A DNA stretch of 64,000 nt from assembly GCA_044226625.1 (NCBI GenBank), contig JBGAGQ010000014.1, forward strand, positions 1-64,000, read 5' to 3'. Shown here piece after piece: positions 1 through 9,679 of this stretch. The DNA comes from Thermoanaerobaculia bacterium. Lineage in GTDB: Bacteria > Acidobacteriota > Thermoanaerobaculia > Multivoradales > UBA5704. Both the position numbers and the translations under genes were made by a program. Every line of letters begins with the position of its first letter. Within the stretch, counting starts at the first letter, position 1. The notes beneath the pieces were generated by a model. The model was not told the DNA's origin. It worked only from the letters and a program-made list of their open reading frames with translations, and searched no databases.

Positions 1-964
1 CAAGTTCTGCGCGTTTTACCGCCAGCCCGGCGATCCGGAGGGGTATCTGCTGCCGTTCGAGGAGATCGGCAAGAAGATCGAGGAGACGATTGCGCTCAAC
101 GGCACCGGCGTTCTGATGCAAGGGGGCGTCCATCCCGACCTGCCGCTCTCCTACTACGAGGAATTGCTGCGGTATCTCAAGGAGCGGTACCCGACCGTCC
201 ACCTCCACGCCTTCTCGCCGCCGGAGGTGAAGTTCATCGCCAAGAAGGAGCGGATGAGCTTCTACGACGTGATCGCCCGCTTGAAGGCGGCAGGCCTCCA
301 GTCGATTCCCGGCGGCGGCGCCGAGATTCTCTCCGACGGGATTCGAAAGGACGTCCTCGCCTATCCGAAGTGCTCGTCCGAAGAGTGGATCGACATCATG
401 CGGCAGGCGCATGCGAACGGCCTGCGCACGTCGGCCACCATGATGTACGGCATGGGCGAGACGATGGAAGCGCGGATCGAGCACCTGCAGCGGATCCGCG
501 ACCTCCAGGACGAGACCGGCGGTTTCACCGCCTTCATCTCCTGGACCTTCCAACATGAGCACACCGATCTGCCCGACATCCCGGAGACCTTCGCCGAAGA
601 GTACCTTCGGACGCTCGCGGTCACGCGGCTCTTCTTCGACAACGTCGTCCATTTGCAGACCAGCTGGGTCACCCAGGGCAAGAAGATCGGCCAGCTCGCC
701 CTCTCCTTCGGCGCAGACGACATGGGCTCGATCATGATCGAGGAGAACGTGGTCTCTTCGGCCGGTACCGCATTCCGCATGAGCCAGGACGAGATGGAGC
801 ATCTGATCGAATCGGCGGGCTACGTTCCGAAGCAGAGGACGAACCTCTACGAGCGGATCGTCAGCCGCGCCGACACGGCCGATCTGGCGAAGAAGTATCG
901 CTACGCGGTCACGCCCGGAAACCGCGACCTGTTGTCGGGAGCTCTCCTGCCTGTCGTGGGCTGA
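1..964 (+). CDS. mqnC: Cyclic dehypoxanthinyl futalosine synthase (radical SAM, CofH/MqnC family), 5'-truncated by window
   Basis: Frame open from base 2 (KFCAFY.., last Cys of CxxxCxxC). Motifs MQGGVHP, HAFSPPE, SIPGGGAEIL, TSATMMYG, GADDMGSIMIEENVV. Confidence 0.85.
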   Translation, partial: KFCAFYRQPGDPEGYLLPFEEIGKKIEETIALNGTGVLMQGGVHPDLPLSYYEELLRYLKERYPTVHLHAFSPPEVKFIAKKERMSFYDVIARLKAAGLQSIPGGGAEILSDGIRKDVLAYPKCSSEEWIDIMRQAHANGLRTSATMMYGMGETMEARIEHLQRIRDLQDETGGFTAFISWTFQHEHTDLPDIPETFAEEYLRTLAVTRLFFDNVVHLQTSWVTQGKKIGQLALSFGADDMGSIMIEENVVSSAGTAFRMSQDEMEHLIESAGYVPKQRTNLYERIVSRADTADLAKKYRYAVTPGNRDLLSGALLPVVG

Positions 965-1259
965 ACGCCGAGCCGCCTTAGAGGATGGCTGTGGTTCGCA
1001 CAGAGGGCCGGCCGGGCTGCTCCGGCTCACTGCTGGCCTAAGCCAGCCCACCACCGGATTGAGCCAGCACACCGCCGGGCTGAACGAACCCGCATCGACA
1101 AACGACGGAACCGTGTCATGTCTCTCCCATTTGGCGGTGAATCCGCCGAAGACTCGATTTCTCGGGATCCGGTCTCTAAGGTTTGCGGTGTGGGAACGAA
1201 CCCACGCCAAGAGCCCGGCGGACGGAACGTGCCGAACCGGATCGACCGCGAAGTTCACC

Positions 1260-1752
1260 TTGGAGGAGATGGAACCTCCGTTGGCGGACCTGGACGATCC
1301 AATGGAGCGTACCGGCGGTCGTTCGGGGGAGCTGGAAAGTTTGTTGGCGAGCACGGACTTTCGTTTGGGAAAGCTGGAACGTCCGCGACCGAGCTTCGCT
1401 CGTCGATTGGTGGAGATAGAACGTCCGCGACCAAGTTTCGGTCGTCGTTTGGAGGAGACGGAACGCCCGTTGGAACGCTCCGAACGTCGTTTGGGGGCGC
1501 TGGAACGTCCATTGGAGCCCATTCTCCTTCCGTTGGCTCCCCATCGGGTCTCCACGGCCCTCAACGGACGATCTACGGCTCCCAAACGAACGCTGATCTC
1601 GCCCAACGGAGTTTCTATCTCGCCCAAACGGCCCGCTACGTCCTCCAATGGACGTTCTATCTCGCCCAACCGGCGACAGATCTCGCCGAACGGACGTTCC
1701 AGCTCCCCCAAACGACGATCTACGGCGCCAATGGGAGTTCCACGGCTTCCAA
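1260..1752. repeat. Degenerate 21-bp tandem repeat array with two inverted arms
   Basis: Units begin TTGG on a 21-nt grid from 1260 to 1512 (+). Complementary CCAA at 1582, 1603, 1624, 1645, 1666, 1708, then 1728 and 1749 after a 1-nt slip. 1485-1510 matches revcomp of 1692-1717 at 25/26; 1413-1426 equals revcomp of 1650-1663. Confidence 0.9.
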
Positions 1753-1945
1753 ATGAGTCTCTTTCGGCGGAAGCCGGCAAAGCCGGGTTGATTGAAATGG
1801 GAGGCCCCGCCGGTACCAGCGGTTCATGTTCAGGTCGCGCGGCTCGGGGTTCCCTCTTTTATCGGTCGTTTCTGCGGTCTCGGGTTGTGTGACACTACCT
1901 TTACGGGATTCAACGGGCGAATGACGCGCGATCGAGGGCTCCCCT

Positions 1946-2846
1946 CTAGTGAGCCCAATCGCCCGGGAGGAGCTCGGATTTGAGGTCGATCAGCCGCGAC
2001 TTGGGCAACAGTTCCGCGGTGAGCGGGTCGTCGTTCCGCCAGAGCGCCCACGCCTCTTGCCAAAACGTTTCGGCGGCCCTGGCCTCCCCTGCAAAACGGC
2101 GGGCGTGGGCCAGGTGGCCGAGGGCGTAGGCCCGCAGGCAGGCCGAGAACAGGGGTGGCACTTCACTCTTTTCAGCGACGTCCAGGGCCAGCCGGGCAAG
2201 CTCGACCGCTTCGGTCCGGCGATCCGATCCTTCGCACCTAGGGCCGCCGCCCCGTTCGCTCTCGTCGGCCAGGCGAACGGCAAGGCTCCAGCGATGGAAT
2301 ACCGGGGAGAAGCCGACCAGCATGCGGCGGTCGTCGGCGTCGAGATCGGCGAGCCGCGACCAGAGATCGTCCGCGATCTCGCGATCGGAGGCGGCCAGTT
2401 CTCCTTTCGGGCGTGTTTCCGCCGCTCGGCGTCGCCCCAAATCAGGTTTCCGATCTCGACCATTCCCGCTTCGACCCGGATGGCCATCCGGTAGAGCGCA
2501 TCGGCCGAGACCGCCCCGAGTTCCAGCGGCGGCGGCGCTTTGCGCAGCTCGCGGACGCGCACCACGGCGGTCGCCAGCTGCTCGACGAACGGCAGGGTCC
2601 ACCCCACCGCTTTCGCCAGCTTCTTCAAGGCCTCCTGAGTCGGGATTCGCTTGCCGCGCTGGTACTGCGAGATCAGGCTCTGGTCGATTCCCGATTCCGC
2701 GCGTTTGGCCGTGATCCTGCGCCGAAAGCCCGAGCGAGCCGGGGGCGCTCATCCATCTCCTTCAAATGGTTCGACGCGCCCGGCGGTGCCGCGGCGCCTC
2801 GACCGCCCTCTCCCGTTTCCGGAGGCCTTCCCTTGATCGACTTCAT
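1946..2846 (-). pseudogene. XRE-family HTH regulator with C-terminal helical/TPR-like domain, frameshifted
   Basis: Frame of ORF 1990-2628 extended upstream reads SGIDQSLISQYQRGKRIPTQEALKKLAKAVG (XRE helices). Frame switches near 2405 to the TPR-like ELARLALDVAE..RAYALGHLAHARR..AWALW. A further shift lies near 2700. Confidence 0.7.
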
Positions 2847-3152
2847 GCCGCCGCCTGAGTTGATTCCTCCGTCCGGACCGAGCGAGGCCCACGACGACGA
2901 CTGGACCTTGAAACTCGGACGGTAACTGGTTCGTCCGGGTGATCGACGACCCTTCGCCCTTGGTACGGATCGAGATCGGGAGCCGGGTGGTCGGCCTGGG
3001 GCGCCTGCTCGACTGCCGGGCGCGGTGGGAGATCGAGAAGAGGCGGGTGATTGTGGAGGTGGCTGCGGACCAGCGCGGGAACGCGCTGATCAGCGCCCTA
3101 CGCGACGAGGCGGGGCAAGGCGACGAGGCCAGAGCGCATTGGCCCCCAGTCG

Positions 3153-3543
3153 GTGAAGCCCTCGCCGTTCACCCTGCCGGCCGACGAGCTGCACCGCGTC
3201 CTCGCTGGATATCCGGGCTGGGAAATCATCGAAAACGGTGCCCGGCTCGAGCGGGTCATCCGGCTCGCCGCTCTGCGCACCGCGGCGACCGGGTCGCGAT
3301 CTGCGCCCACTTCAGCGCTCGGCAGCCGATCTGGCGCAGCGGATCGTGCGGATGGGGGTCTCGGTATCGTGTGCCTTCGACGGCGAGCGCGTGGAGGTCC
3401 GGGTTTCCGGCCACCCGGCTGGGGCTGGGGTTCGTCGAAGAGTGCGACCACGCGGGCGTGACGGGATCGTCCCGAGGAGAGGCGTCGGCATGACCGATGA
3501 CTGCGGCGGAAAAGCCGCCACCTCTTTGGCCCGTACCTGCTGA
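3153..3543 (+). pseudogene. Small hypothetical protein, possibly pterin-carbinolamine-dehydratase-like fold, frameshifted
   Basis: ELHRVLAGYPGWEIIENGARLERVIRL resembles the PCD N-terminus; continues in another frame as LAQRIVRMGVSVSCAFDGERVEVRVSG. Confidence 0.35.
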
Positions 3544-4074
3544 TCTTGCTGGCCCAAACCGACGGCGACGAAGACACGACCGAAGCGGAGGCCGCGGGCT
3601 GTCGCAAAGTGGTTGAGATGGGCGGCGGCTGGTGGGGCCTGTTCCGAAGCTGGGACGAGCCCGCGGAAGGGGACCGCCCGGTCGCGAACTTCACCGAGCG
3701 CTCCGCAGCCCTGTTCGCCGCCGCGATCTGGGAGGCTTACGCCCGCGCTCCGCTCGTCTGGCTGGACCCGACCCCGGCCCCCGAAGGGTTCTTCCGTGTC
3801 TGGCCCGCGGTCCGGAGTAGCCGAGCCGCTCGGCTGGCTGCCGATCTTCGATCCTCAGCTCGGCCAAGCGCTCGCCATGGCCGCGGCGCTAGTACGCGAT
3901 TCGGAGGCCCTTGCGACGCTGCTCGAAGCGGCCGGCGCGGAAGCGGTCGACCAGGTGGACCGGATTTTTCGGCGGCGGCTGGGGGAGCGGTTGGCGGCGG
4001 AGATTGTGGCCGGGACCGACTTCTCAACGCTAGGACAAGACAAAGTATCTGCCAGGCGAAACGCACAGGTTTGA
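3490..4074 (+). pseudogene. Hypothetical protein split across frames
   Basis: Protein-like segments in ORF 3546 (EAEAAG..WGLFRSWDEP..PVANFTERSAALFAAAI) join ORF 3613 C-terminus (LGWLPIFDPQLGQAL..ALATLLEAAGAEAVDQV); shift near 3805. Confidence 0.5.
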
Positions 4075-4099
4075 CCAAGTATGGCGATGAATTTAAGAT
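4071..4099 (+). promoter_or_regulatory. Sigma70-type promoter
   Basis: TTGACC (4071-4076), 17-nt spacer, TAAGAT (4094-4099) in an AT-rich patch; AAAGGAAGGA RBS before ATG 4133. Confidence 0.7.
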
Positions 4100-4132
4100 T
4101 CGCTTCAGATACACGAAAGGAAGGATAAACAA

Positions 4133-4489
4133 ATGTCCAAAGTGCCTTTGAGATTACTTGCAGCGCTAGTTTGTCTGATGATCTGGCCCACCGTGGCCCA
4201 AGCGAGTTGCGAGATCTGCGAGCTCGGTTCTGGTCTTGGCTCTAGCTCCCGCTGCTTTCCGGCAATCAACGATGTTGGTGTGACGTTGTGTCAGACGTTT
4301 TCTGATCCACTTGCCTGGCCTCCTTCGACCTGGTGCACCGAAGCAGGCACCTTTTGCTCCACGATCATCGTGAACGGTGGCGGCGGAGGTGCAGGTGGTA
4401 CAGGGGGAGGCGGTGGCTGCCAGGGCGGCTCGGGAGGATGCCCCGCGGAGTGTTTCAGCTGCGGTGCCGGCGGCCGTCCCCGCATCTGA
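4133..4489 (+). CDS. Secreted cysteine-rich small protein (10 Cys in mature part, Gly-rich linker)
   Basis: Sec signal ending AQA; 6-Cys domain, GGGGGAGGTGGGGG linker, 4-Cys tail CQGGSGGCPAECFSC; own promoter and RBS. Confidence 0.8.
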   Translation: MSKVPLRLLAALVCLMIWPTVAQASCEICELGSGLGSSSRCFPAINDVGVTLCQTFSDPLAWPPSTWCTEAGTFCSTIIVNGGGGGAGGTGGGGGCQGGSGGCPAECFSCGAGGRPRI

Positions 4490-4504
4490 CGGTCGGAAAC
4501 CGCG

Positions 4505-6786
4505 ATGGCTTTCTTCCCCATCCTTCTCGCCACTTTCCTTTCCGTCGGCGACACGGCCTGTATCGATTTCAGGTCGGAAGCGCGGCCGGGTTTCGAGATC
4601 GAGTCTCTCGGCAAGTTGGCGGGCGAGCTTCGGCTTCGGATGTTGTCTCCGAAAGGAGATCTGGCGCCCGTGCCAATCACCGGCGGCAAGGCGCGAGTTT
4701 GCGGACCGGCGGGCTCCGAGATCGAGGCCTCGGCCTCGGTAGCGGGATACTGGATCCGCCGCGAGACCGTGGCGTTCGGTCCTGCGGATTCACGCGGCGA
4801 GGCCAAGCTGACTCTCTGGCCGCTCGGCCGTCTGGTGGGCGAGCTGAAGCGCCCCGATGCGAAGACTCCGGCACCGCGCGAGATCCTCGTCACCACGCTG
4901 CCGCCGCGAGGGGTGCCGCGGGACCAAGAGCCCCCCAAGGGGCAGATCTCCTGTCCTGTCGATCCTCGCGGCCGATTCCGTTGCGAGCTGCCCGCGGCGA
5001 TTTACGATCTGAGCTTTTCGCTTGCGCCCTACGCCCCGGTGTATCGCTGGCAGGCGAAAGTGCCCGCGGGTCGGAATCTCGACCTCGGACCGCTCGCCCT
5101 GCGCCGCGGCGCCTCGGTTGCGGGTTGGGTGGCGACCGACGACGGTTCGCCGATCGACCCTCGCCGATGCCAGGTCCGCCTTCGGCCTCTCGAAGCCGCG
5201 GGCCGGCTCGATCCTCGCGTCGTCGACCAGCTCGAAGGGTCGCCGATCGAAGCAAACATCGGCGCGGACGGCTTTTTCCAGCTCTTCGGTGTGCGGCCGG
5301 GGGTCTACGAGATTGAGGCCGTCCTTCCGCCGTTCGCCCCGGCGCGGCGCTCTCCCGTCGAGGTGATCGAAGGGGCCGAGTCATCGCTTCGCGAGCCGCT
5401 ACGGTTTCAACCGAAGACGGAGCTTGCGTTGCAGGTCGATCCTCCACGGGATTGGCTGGGCCGGCCCTGGCGGGTGCAGGCGACGCGTTGGGTACAGAAG
5501 GGCGTGCGTAGCGATTGGCAGAACGCCTGGGAGGGAGCGACGGATGCCGAAGGCATGGCGAAGCTGCCGGACCAGACCGCAGGCCAGTACCATGTCGTCA
5601 TCTTCGATTCGCGCGGATCTCGGTTCCTCGATGACGAGTCGGTCGTCTTGGAAGGGCCTCCTGCCGCTACCCGCCTCGAGATCCGCTGGGTCGATCTCGA
5701 CGGGACGGTCCGACTGGGCCGCGAACCGCTCGAAGCCGACCTGCGCTTCGGTTTCACGATCACCGACTCTCCAAAGTTCCGTTCGGACGTGGAAGGGCAT
5801 TTTGAGGGGGTCCTGCCGAAAGACGGTCCGTGGATGGTCGAAATCCAGGCCGCCGACGGCGAATTCACATCCCAGGTGTTTGCCGAGGTCGAAGCCGATC
5901 GAGACGGCAAGGCGAGCGTATCGATCGAGCTGCCGGATACCCGGCTGTTCGGCCGCGTCACCCTGCCTGACGGGGCGCCCGCCGCCGAAGCCTGGGTGAT
6001 GCTGCAGGCCGGCGAAGTCGGAATGAGGATTCGAGCCGATGCCGAGGGGCGATTCAACTTTCGCGGCCTCCCTCCGGGCTCGGCCTTCCTTCAGGCGGAG
6101 CGAGAGCATGCGCCCGGCGTCACCATGACGGCCCATACCGACGCGCTGCCGCTGGTCGCCGACTCCTCGTTCGGTCCGGTCGAGCTGCGGCTCACGCCGT
6201 CCCGCACGCTCCGCGGCCGGGTGGTCTCGGCGCTCGGCGCGTCGTCTCGGCGAGCCTGGAAATCGAAGCGGGAGACGGACTGCCGATCCGTTCCCAAGCC
6301 CGAACGGATCTTACCGGCGAGTTTTCGGCCGAGATTCCGGCCGACGCGACCCGTGCCCGCATTGCCGTGCTCGCTCCAGGCCGCGCCTTGCAGGCGTTCG
6401 CTGTTCCGGTCGATACCGAGCCGACGCTCAACCTGTCCGCGGAGGCCGGCGACGTCGAGGTCGAAGCGCCCTGGGTGTCTGAGGCCAAAGGGCGCGAGCG
6501 GGGGATGTGGATCGCGGTCCAGAACGGCATACTCTTGCCGATGCCGTTTCTTTACCAATGGGTGGACCTGCAGAACGGCGACCGCACTGCCCTGGGTCGG
6601 GAGGGCAGAATGAAGATCGGCCAGCTGCCCCCGGCGGCTTACCAGTTCTGCAACGTCACCATGACCGATCTGATCGCGTTCCAGTTGACGGGGGCGTTGC
6701 CTCCAGGCGCTGTCTGTGCGGGAGGAGCCCTCGCGGCCGGCGGGACGCTACGCCTCAAGGTACCGAAGCCCCGGCGGTCGAACTGA
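4505..6786 (+). CDS. Exported carboxypeptidase-regulatory-like (beta-sandwich repeat) protein, frameshift near 6245
   Basis: Hydrophobic N-terminus; repeated GRV..DG.P..A.V / TDAEG.F...G..PG.Y motifs. After ~6245 the protein-like frame is that of ORF 6367-6786 (ARTDLTGEFSAEIP..VLAPGRALQAF). Confidence 0.75.
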
Positions 6787-6808
6787 CAGGCCCACCCGGC
6801 GGATTCTG

Positions 6809-6833
6809 GCGGGCTCGGTTCGGCCGAGCCCGC
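6809..6833 (+). terminator. GC-rich hairpin, possible terminator
   Basis: GCGGGCTCGG-ttcgg-CCGAGCCCGC perfect 10-bp stem just after the stop at 6786; no U-tract. Confidence 0.4.
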
Positions 6834-7091
6834 AAGCATTCACGACCGAGGCCAGTTCTCGGCGAATTCGCGCGCGAGCGCTTTCTCGGAACCAGGTGTG
6901 CCGAGGCGTTCCTCTAGGGAGGGCGAGCCGGCCGCGTCACGGTGACGCGGGGGACATTGCTTGCTCCTCGCCACCAGAGGGCCGGATTGGAAAAGCCCTG
7001 AGGTGTTCGGGAGGGTCAATTTGTCCGCCGTGTGCGGTTTGCGGTGGAACTCACAGGCTACCCGGGCCCGGGACACGAAGGTTGGTCCTCG

Positions 7092-7418
7092 TCACTCCCA
7101 GGGGATGTCCGGCATCCGCAGCCGTTCCACCTCGCGACGCTCGATCGCGCTCTCCCGCACGATCTCCTCGACGTCGTTGAGCGTCACGCCGCGGTACCAG
7201 AGATTGAGCGGCCAGATCGCGACCGTGATGCCCTGGCTGCAGTGCTTCAAGCAGCCTGTCCGCACGACCATCACACGGTCGCGGATTCCCAGCTCCTTCA
7301 CCCGATCCTTGAAGCGGTGGTAGACCTCGAGCGCCCCGCGCGGGGCGCAGCTCGGTTTGGTGGCACCCTCGGGGCGTTCGTTCAGGCAGACGAGGATCTG
7401 GATCTCGGGTCGGGACAT
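7092..7418 (-). CDS. Thioredoxin-like [2Fe-2S] ferredoxin
   Basis: ILVCLNER..PSC..G, RTGCLKHCSQG, WYRGVT motifs. Confidence 0.9.
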   Translation of the reverse strand: MSRPEIQILVCLNERPEGATKPSCAPRGALEVYHRFKDRVKELGIRDRVMVVRTGCLKHCSQGITVAIWPLNLWYRGVTLNDVEEIVRESAIERREVERLRMPDIPWE

Positions 7419-7489
7419 GGGCGGAGACTAGACGGCCGTCGGCTCGATGTAAACCCGAGATTCCGCAGTAAGATCCGGCCACTTTCGCC

Positions 7490-8359
7490 ATGGTCCGATT
7501 TCTTGTCAATCCCTCGTCGGGACGGGGTGAGGGCGCCCGTCATCTCGACCGCCTGCGGATTCTCGCGACTCACTACGGCGCGGGGATGGCCGTCTCTCGC
7601 TCAGTCGGTGATCTGCCGTCCCAGGCCTTCCGGGCCGCCCAGGAGGGCGTCGAGCGGCTGATCGTGGTGGGCGGGGACGGCACGATGCACTTCGCCCTGC
7701 AGGGTCTGGCGGGTTCGGATTGCGCGCTCGGGGTCGTTCCCCTCGGCAGCGGCAACGATCTTGCCGGAACGCTCGGGGTTCCGAAGGGGCTGGACGCAGC
7801 GGTCGAACGGGCGGTTTCGGGGGCGATCCGGAAGATCGACCTGATCCGGGTGGGGGCGATGTTCAGCGTGAGTTATCTCGGCGTCGGGTTCGATAGCGAG
7901 GTTACCCGGACGGCGAACCAGGTCCGCCATCTGCGCGGACCGATGATCTACCCCTGGGCGGTCGTCAAGACGCTCACCACCTTCAAAGCGCCACACCTCC
8001 ACGTCGAGCACGATGGCGGGTATTTCGAGGGCAAGGCGATGTTCGCGGTCGCGGCGAACCTGCCGCGGTTCGGCGGCGGCATGAAGATCGCTCCGGACGC
8101 GCGGATCGACGACGGCCTTCTCGATCTGGTGATCGTCCGCGACATTTCGAAGCTCGGGCTCCTGCGCGTCTTCCCCAGGGTCTACTCGGGGAAGCACTGC
8201 GATCACCCGGCGGTGGAGATCATCCGCACGCGGTGTGCGGTCCTATCGATCGACCGACCGATGTACCTCTACGGCGGCGGCGAGCCGGTCCGGCCGATGG
8301 CTCCCGGAGACCGGGCGGAGCTCGAAGTTCTCCCCGGAGCGCTCGCCATCGTCGCATGA
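7490..8359 (+). CDS. Diacylglycerol kinase family (YegS/DAGK) lipid kinase
   Basis: VNPSSGRG, GGDGT, PLGSGNDLA, FGGGMKIAPDA..DDGLLD. Confidence 0.9.
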   Translation: MVRFLVNPSSGRGEGARHLDRLRILATHYGAGMAVSRSVGDLPSQAFRAAQEGVERLIVVGGDGTMHFALQGLAGSDCALGVVPLGSGNDLAGTLGVPKGLDAAVERAVSGAIRKIDLIRVGAMFSVSYLGVGFDSEVTRTANQVRHLRGPMIYPWAVVKTLTTFKAPHLHVEHDGGYFEGKAMFAVAANLPRFGGGMKIAPDARIDDGLLDLVIVRDISKLGLLRVFPRVYSGKHCDHPAVEIIRTRCAVLSIDRPMYLYGGGEPVRPMAPGDRAELEVLPGALAIVA

Positions 8360-8508
8360 GCTGGCGGGCGCATGGCGGGCGCCCCAGGGTTCCGACTTGA
8401 CCGAGGCTGGGAATGAACGGCTGGGGTACTTTGTTCCGCGGGGAGCAGATTCAGCTGGTGTAGCTGATTTCGAGCCAGGGGCACGCGCTTTGCGAAGGCC
8501 CCCCTCCC

Positions 8509-8658
8509 GGTGGGGAGTAGCCACTCGCGCCATCCGAACCCGGAAGGTGCGGGGCCGGCGGTCGTCAACACGGAGCGAGCCGTTTCGGTCGCTCCCGGCC
8601 GCCCGCGAGCGCGTCTTCGTGATCGTCCGAAAACGAAGGCCGCTAGGCGAGACCACCA
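8509..8658 (+). ncRNA. yybP-ykoY manganese riboswitch
   Basis: Signature GGGGAGTAG (8512-8520), CGTCAACACGG (8563-8573), GGCGAGACC (8646-8654); GGTGG/CCACC closing stem; directly upstream of a TerC/Alx gene. Confidence 0.85.
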
Positions 8659-8736
8659 CGACACGACAACCTCGTGCCGTGGCGTCTCGTCTCCGAGCAG
8701 ACCCCACGGCCGATCTTTGGGTAGGAGATCGGCACC

Positions 8737-9678
8737 ATGTTCGACACGCCCCTCTGGCTTTGGGTCACCTTCAACGCCGCGGTCCTCGCGATGCTCGCGC
8801 TCGACCTCGGGGTCTTCCATCGTAAATCGCACGCCGTCTCGGTTCGCGAGGCCGCCATCTGGAGCGGCGTCTGGATCGCCCTGTCGCTGCTGTTCAACCT
8901 CTGGGTCTGGCAGTCCCGCGGCGGCCAGGCCGGGATCGAGTTCTTCACGGGCTATCTGATCGAAAAGTCGCTTTCGATCGACAACATCTTCGTCATCGCC
9001 CTGGTGTTCACCTATTTCAAGGTGCCGGAGAAGTACCAGCACCGGGTGCTGTTCTGGGGCATCTTGGGGGCGCTCGTCCTACGCGCGGCGTTCATCTTCG
9101 CGGGCGCTGCGCTGATCGAGAGCTTCCACTGGGTGATTTACGTCTTCGGCGCGTTTCTGATCTTCACGGGCGTGAAGATGGCTTTCTTCGGCGGCGAGGA
9201 GGTCCATCCGGAGAAGAACCCGCTCCTTCGCCTGGCGCGCCGGGTCCTTCCCGTCACGACCGACTATCGCGGCAAGAGCTTCTTCGTGCGGGAGGGGGGC
9301 AAGCTGTTCGCGACGCCGCTCTTCCTGGTGCTCCTGCTGGTGGAAAGCACCGATCTGATCTTCGCCGTCGACTCGATCCCGGCGATCTTCGCGGTCACCC
9401 GCGACCCGTTCCTGGTCTACACCTCGAACGTCTGCGCGATCCTGGGCCTCCGTTCGCTCTATTTCGTGCTCGCCGGGGTGATGGGCAAGTTCGTCTACCT
9501 GAAGCTCGGTCTCGCGGCGGTGCTGTCGTTCGTCGGGGTCAAGATGACGTTCTCCGATCTGTTCAAGATCCCCACCCCGATCTCGCTCGGGGTGATCGCC
9601 GGAGTGCTCACGATCGCGATCGTCGCCTCCCTGATCAAAGACCGTCGAGCGGGGTCGGCCATGCGAGAATCCGCTTGA
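8737..9678 (+). CDS. alx: TerC/Alx family membrane protein (Mn homeostasis)
   Basis: GYLIEKSLSIDNIFV, QHRVLFWGILGALVLR, DLIFAVDSIPAIFAVT, TSNVCAILGLRSLYF. Confidence 0.9.
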   Translation: MFDTPLWLWVTFNAAVLAMLALDLGVFHRKSHAVSVREAAIWSGVWIALSLLFNLWVWQSRGGQAGIEFFTGYLIEKSLSIDNIFVIALVFTYFKVPEKYQHRVLFWGILGALVLRAAFIFAGAALIESFHWVIYVFGAFLIFTGVKMAFFGGEEVHPEKNPLLRLARRVLPVTTDYRGKSFFVREGGKLFATPLFLVLLLVESTDLIFAVDSIPAIFAVTRDPFLVYTSNVCAILGLRSLYFVLAGVMGKFVYLKLGLAAVLSFVGVKMTFSDLFKIPTPISLGVIAGVLTIAIVASLIKDRRAGSAMRESA

Positions 9679-9679
9679 A

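Noticed and set aside
1260-1752. CRISPR array
   Set aside because: Units are degenerate, variable parts are only ~16 nt and resemble the repeat, orientation flips midway, and no cas genes are present.
1059-1892. 277-aa ORF and overlapping ORFs as real genes
   Set aside because: Open frames arise from the stop-poor 21-nt repeat; the second half is antisense-like (SPNGRS) and there is no clear RBS. Not fully excluded.
8438-8505. tRNA-like sequence
   Set aside because: No TTC-containing T-arm at the right spacing, and no acceptor stem or CCA.
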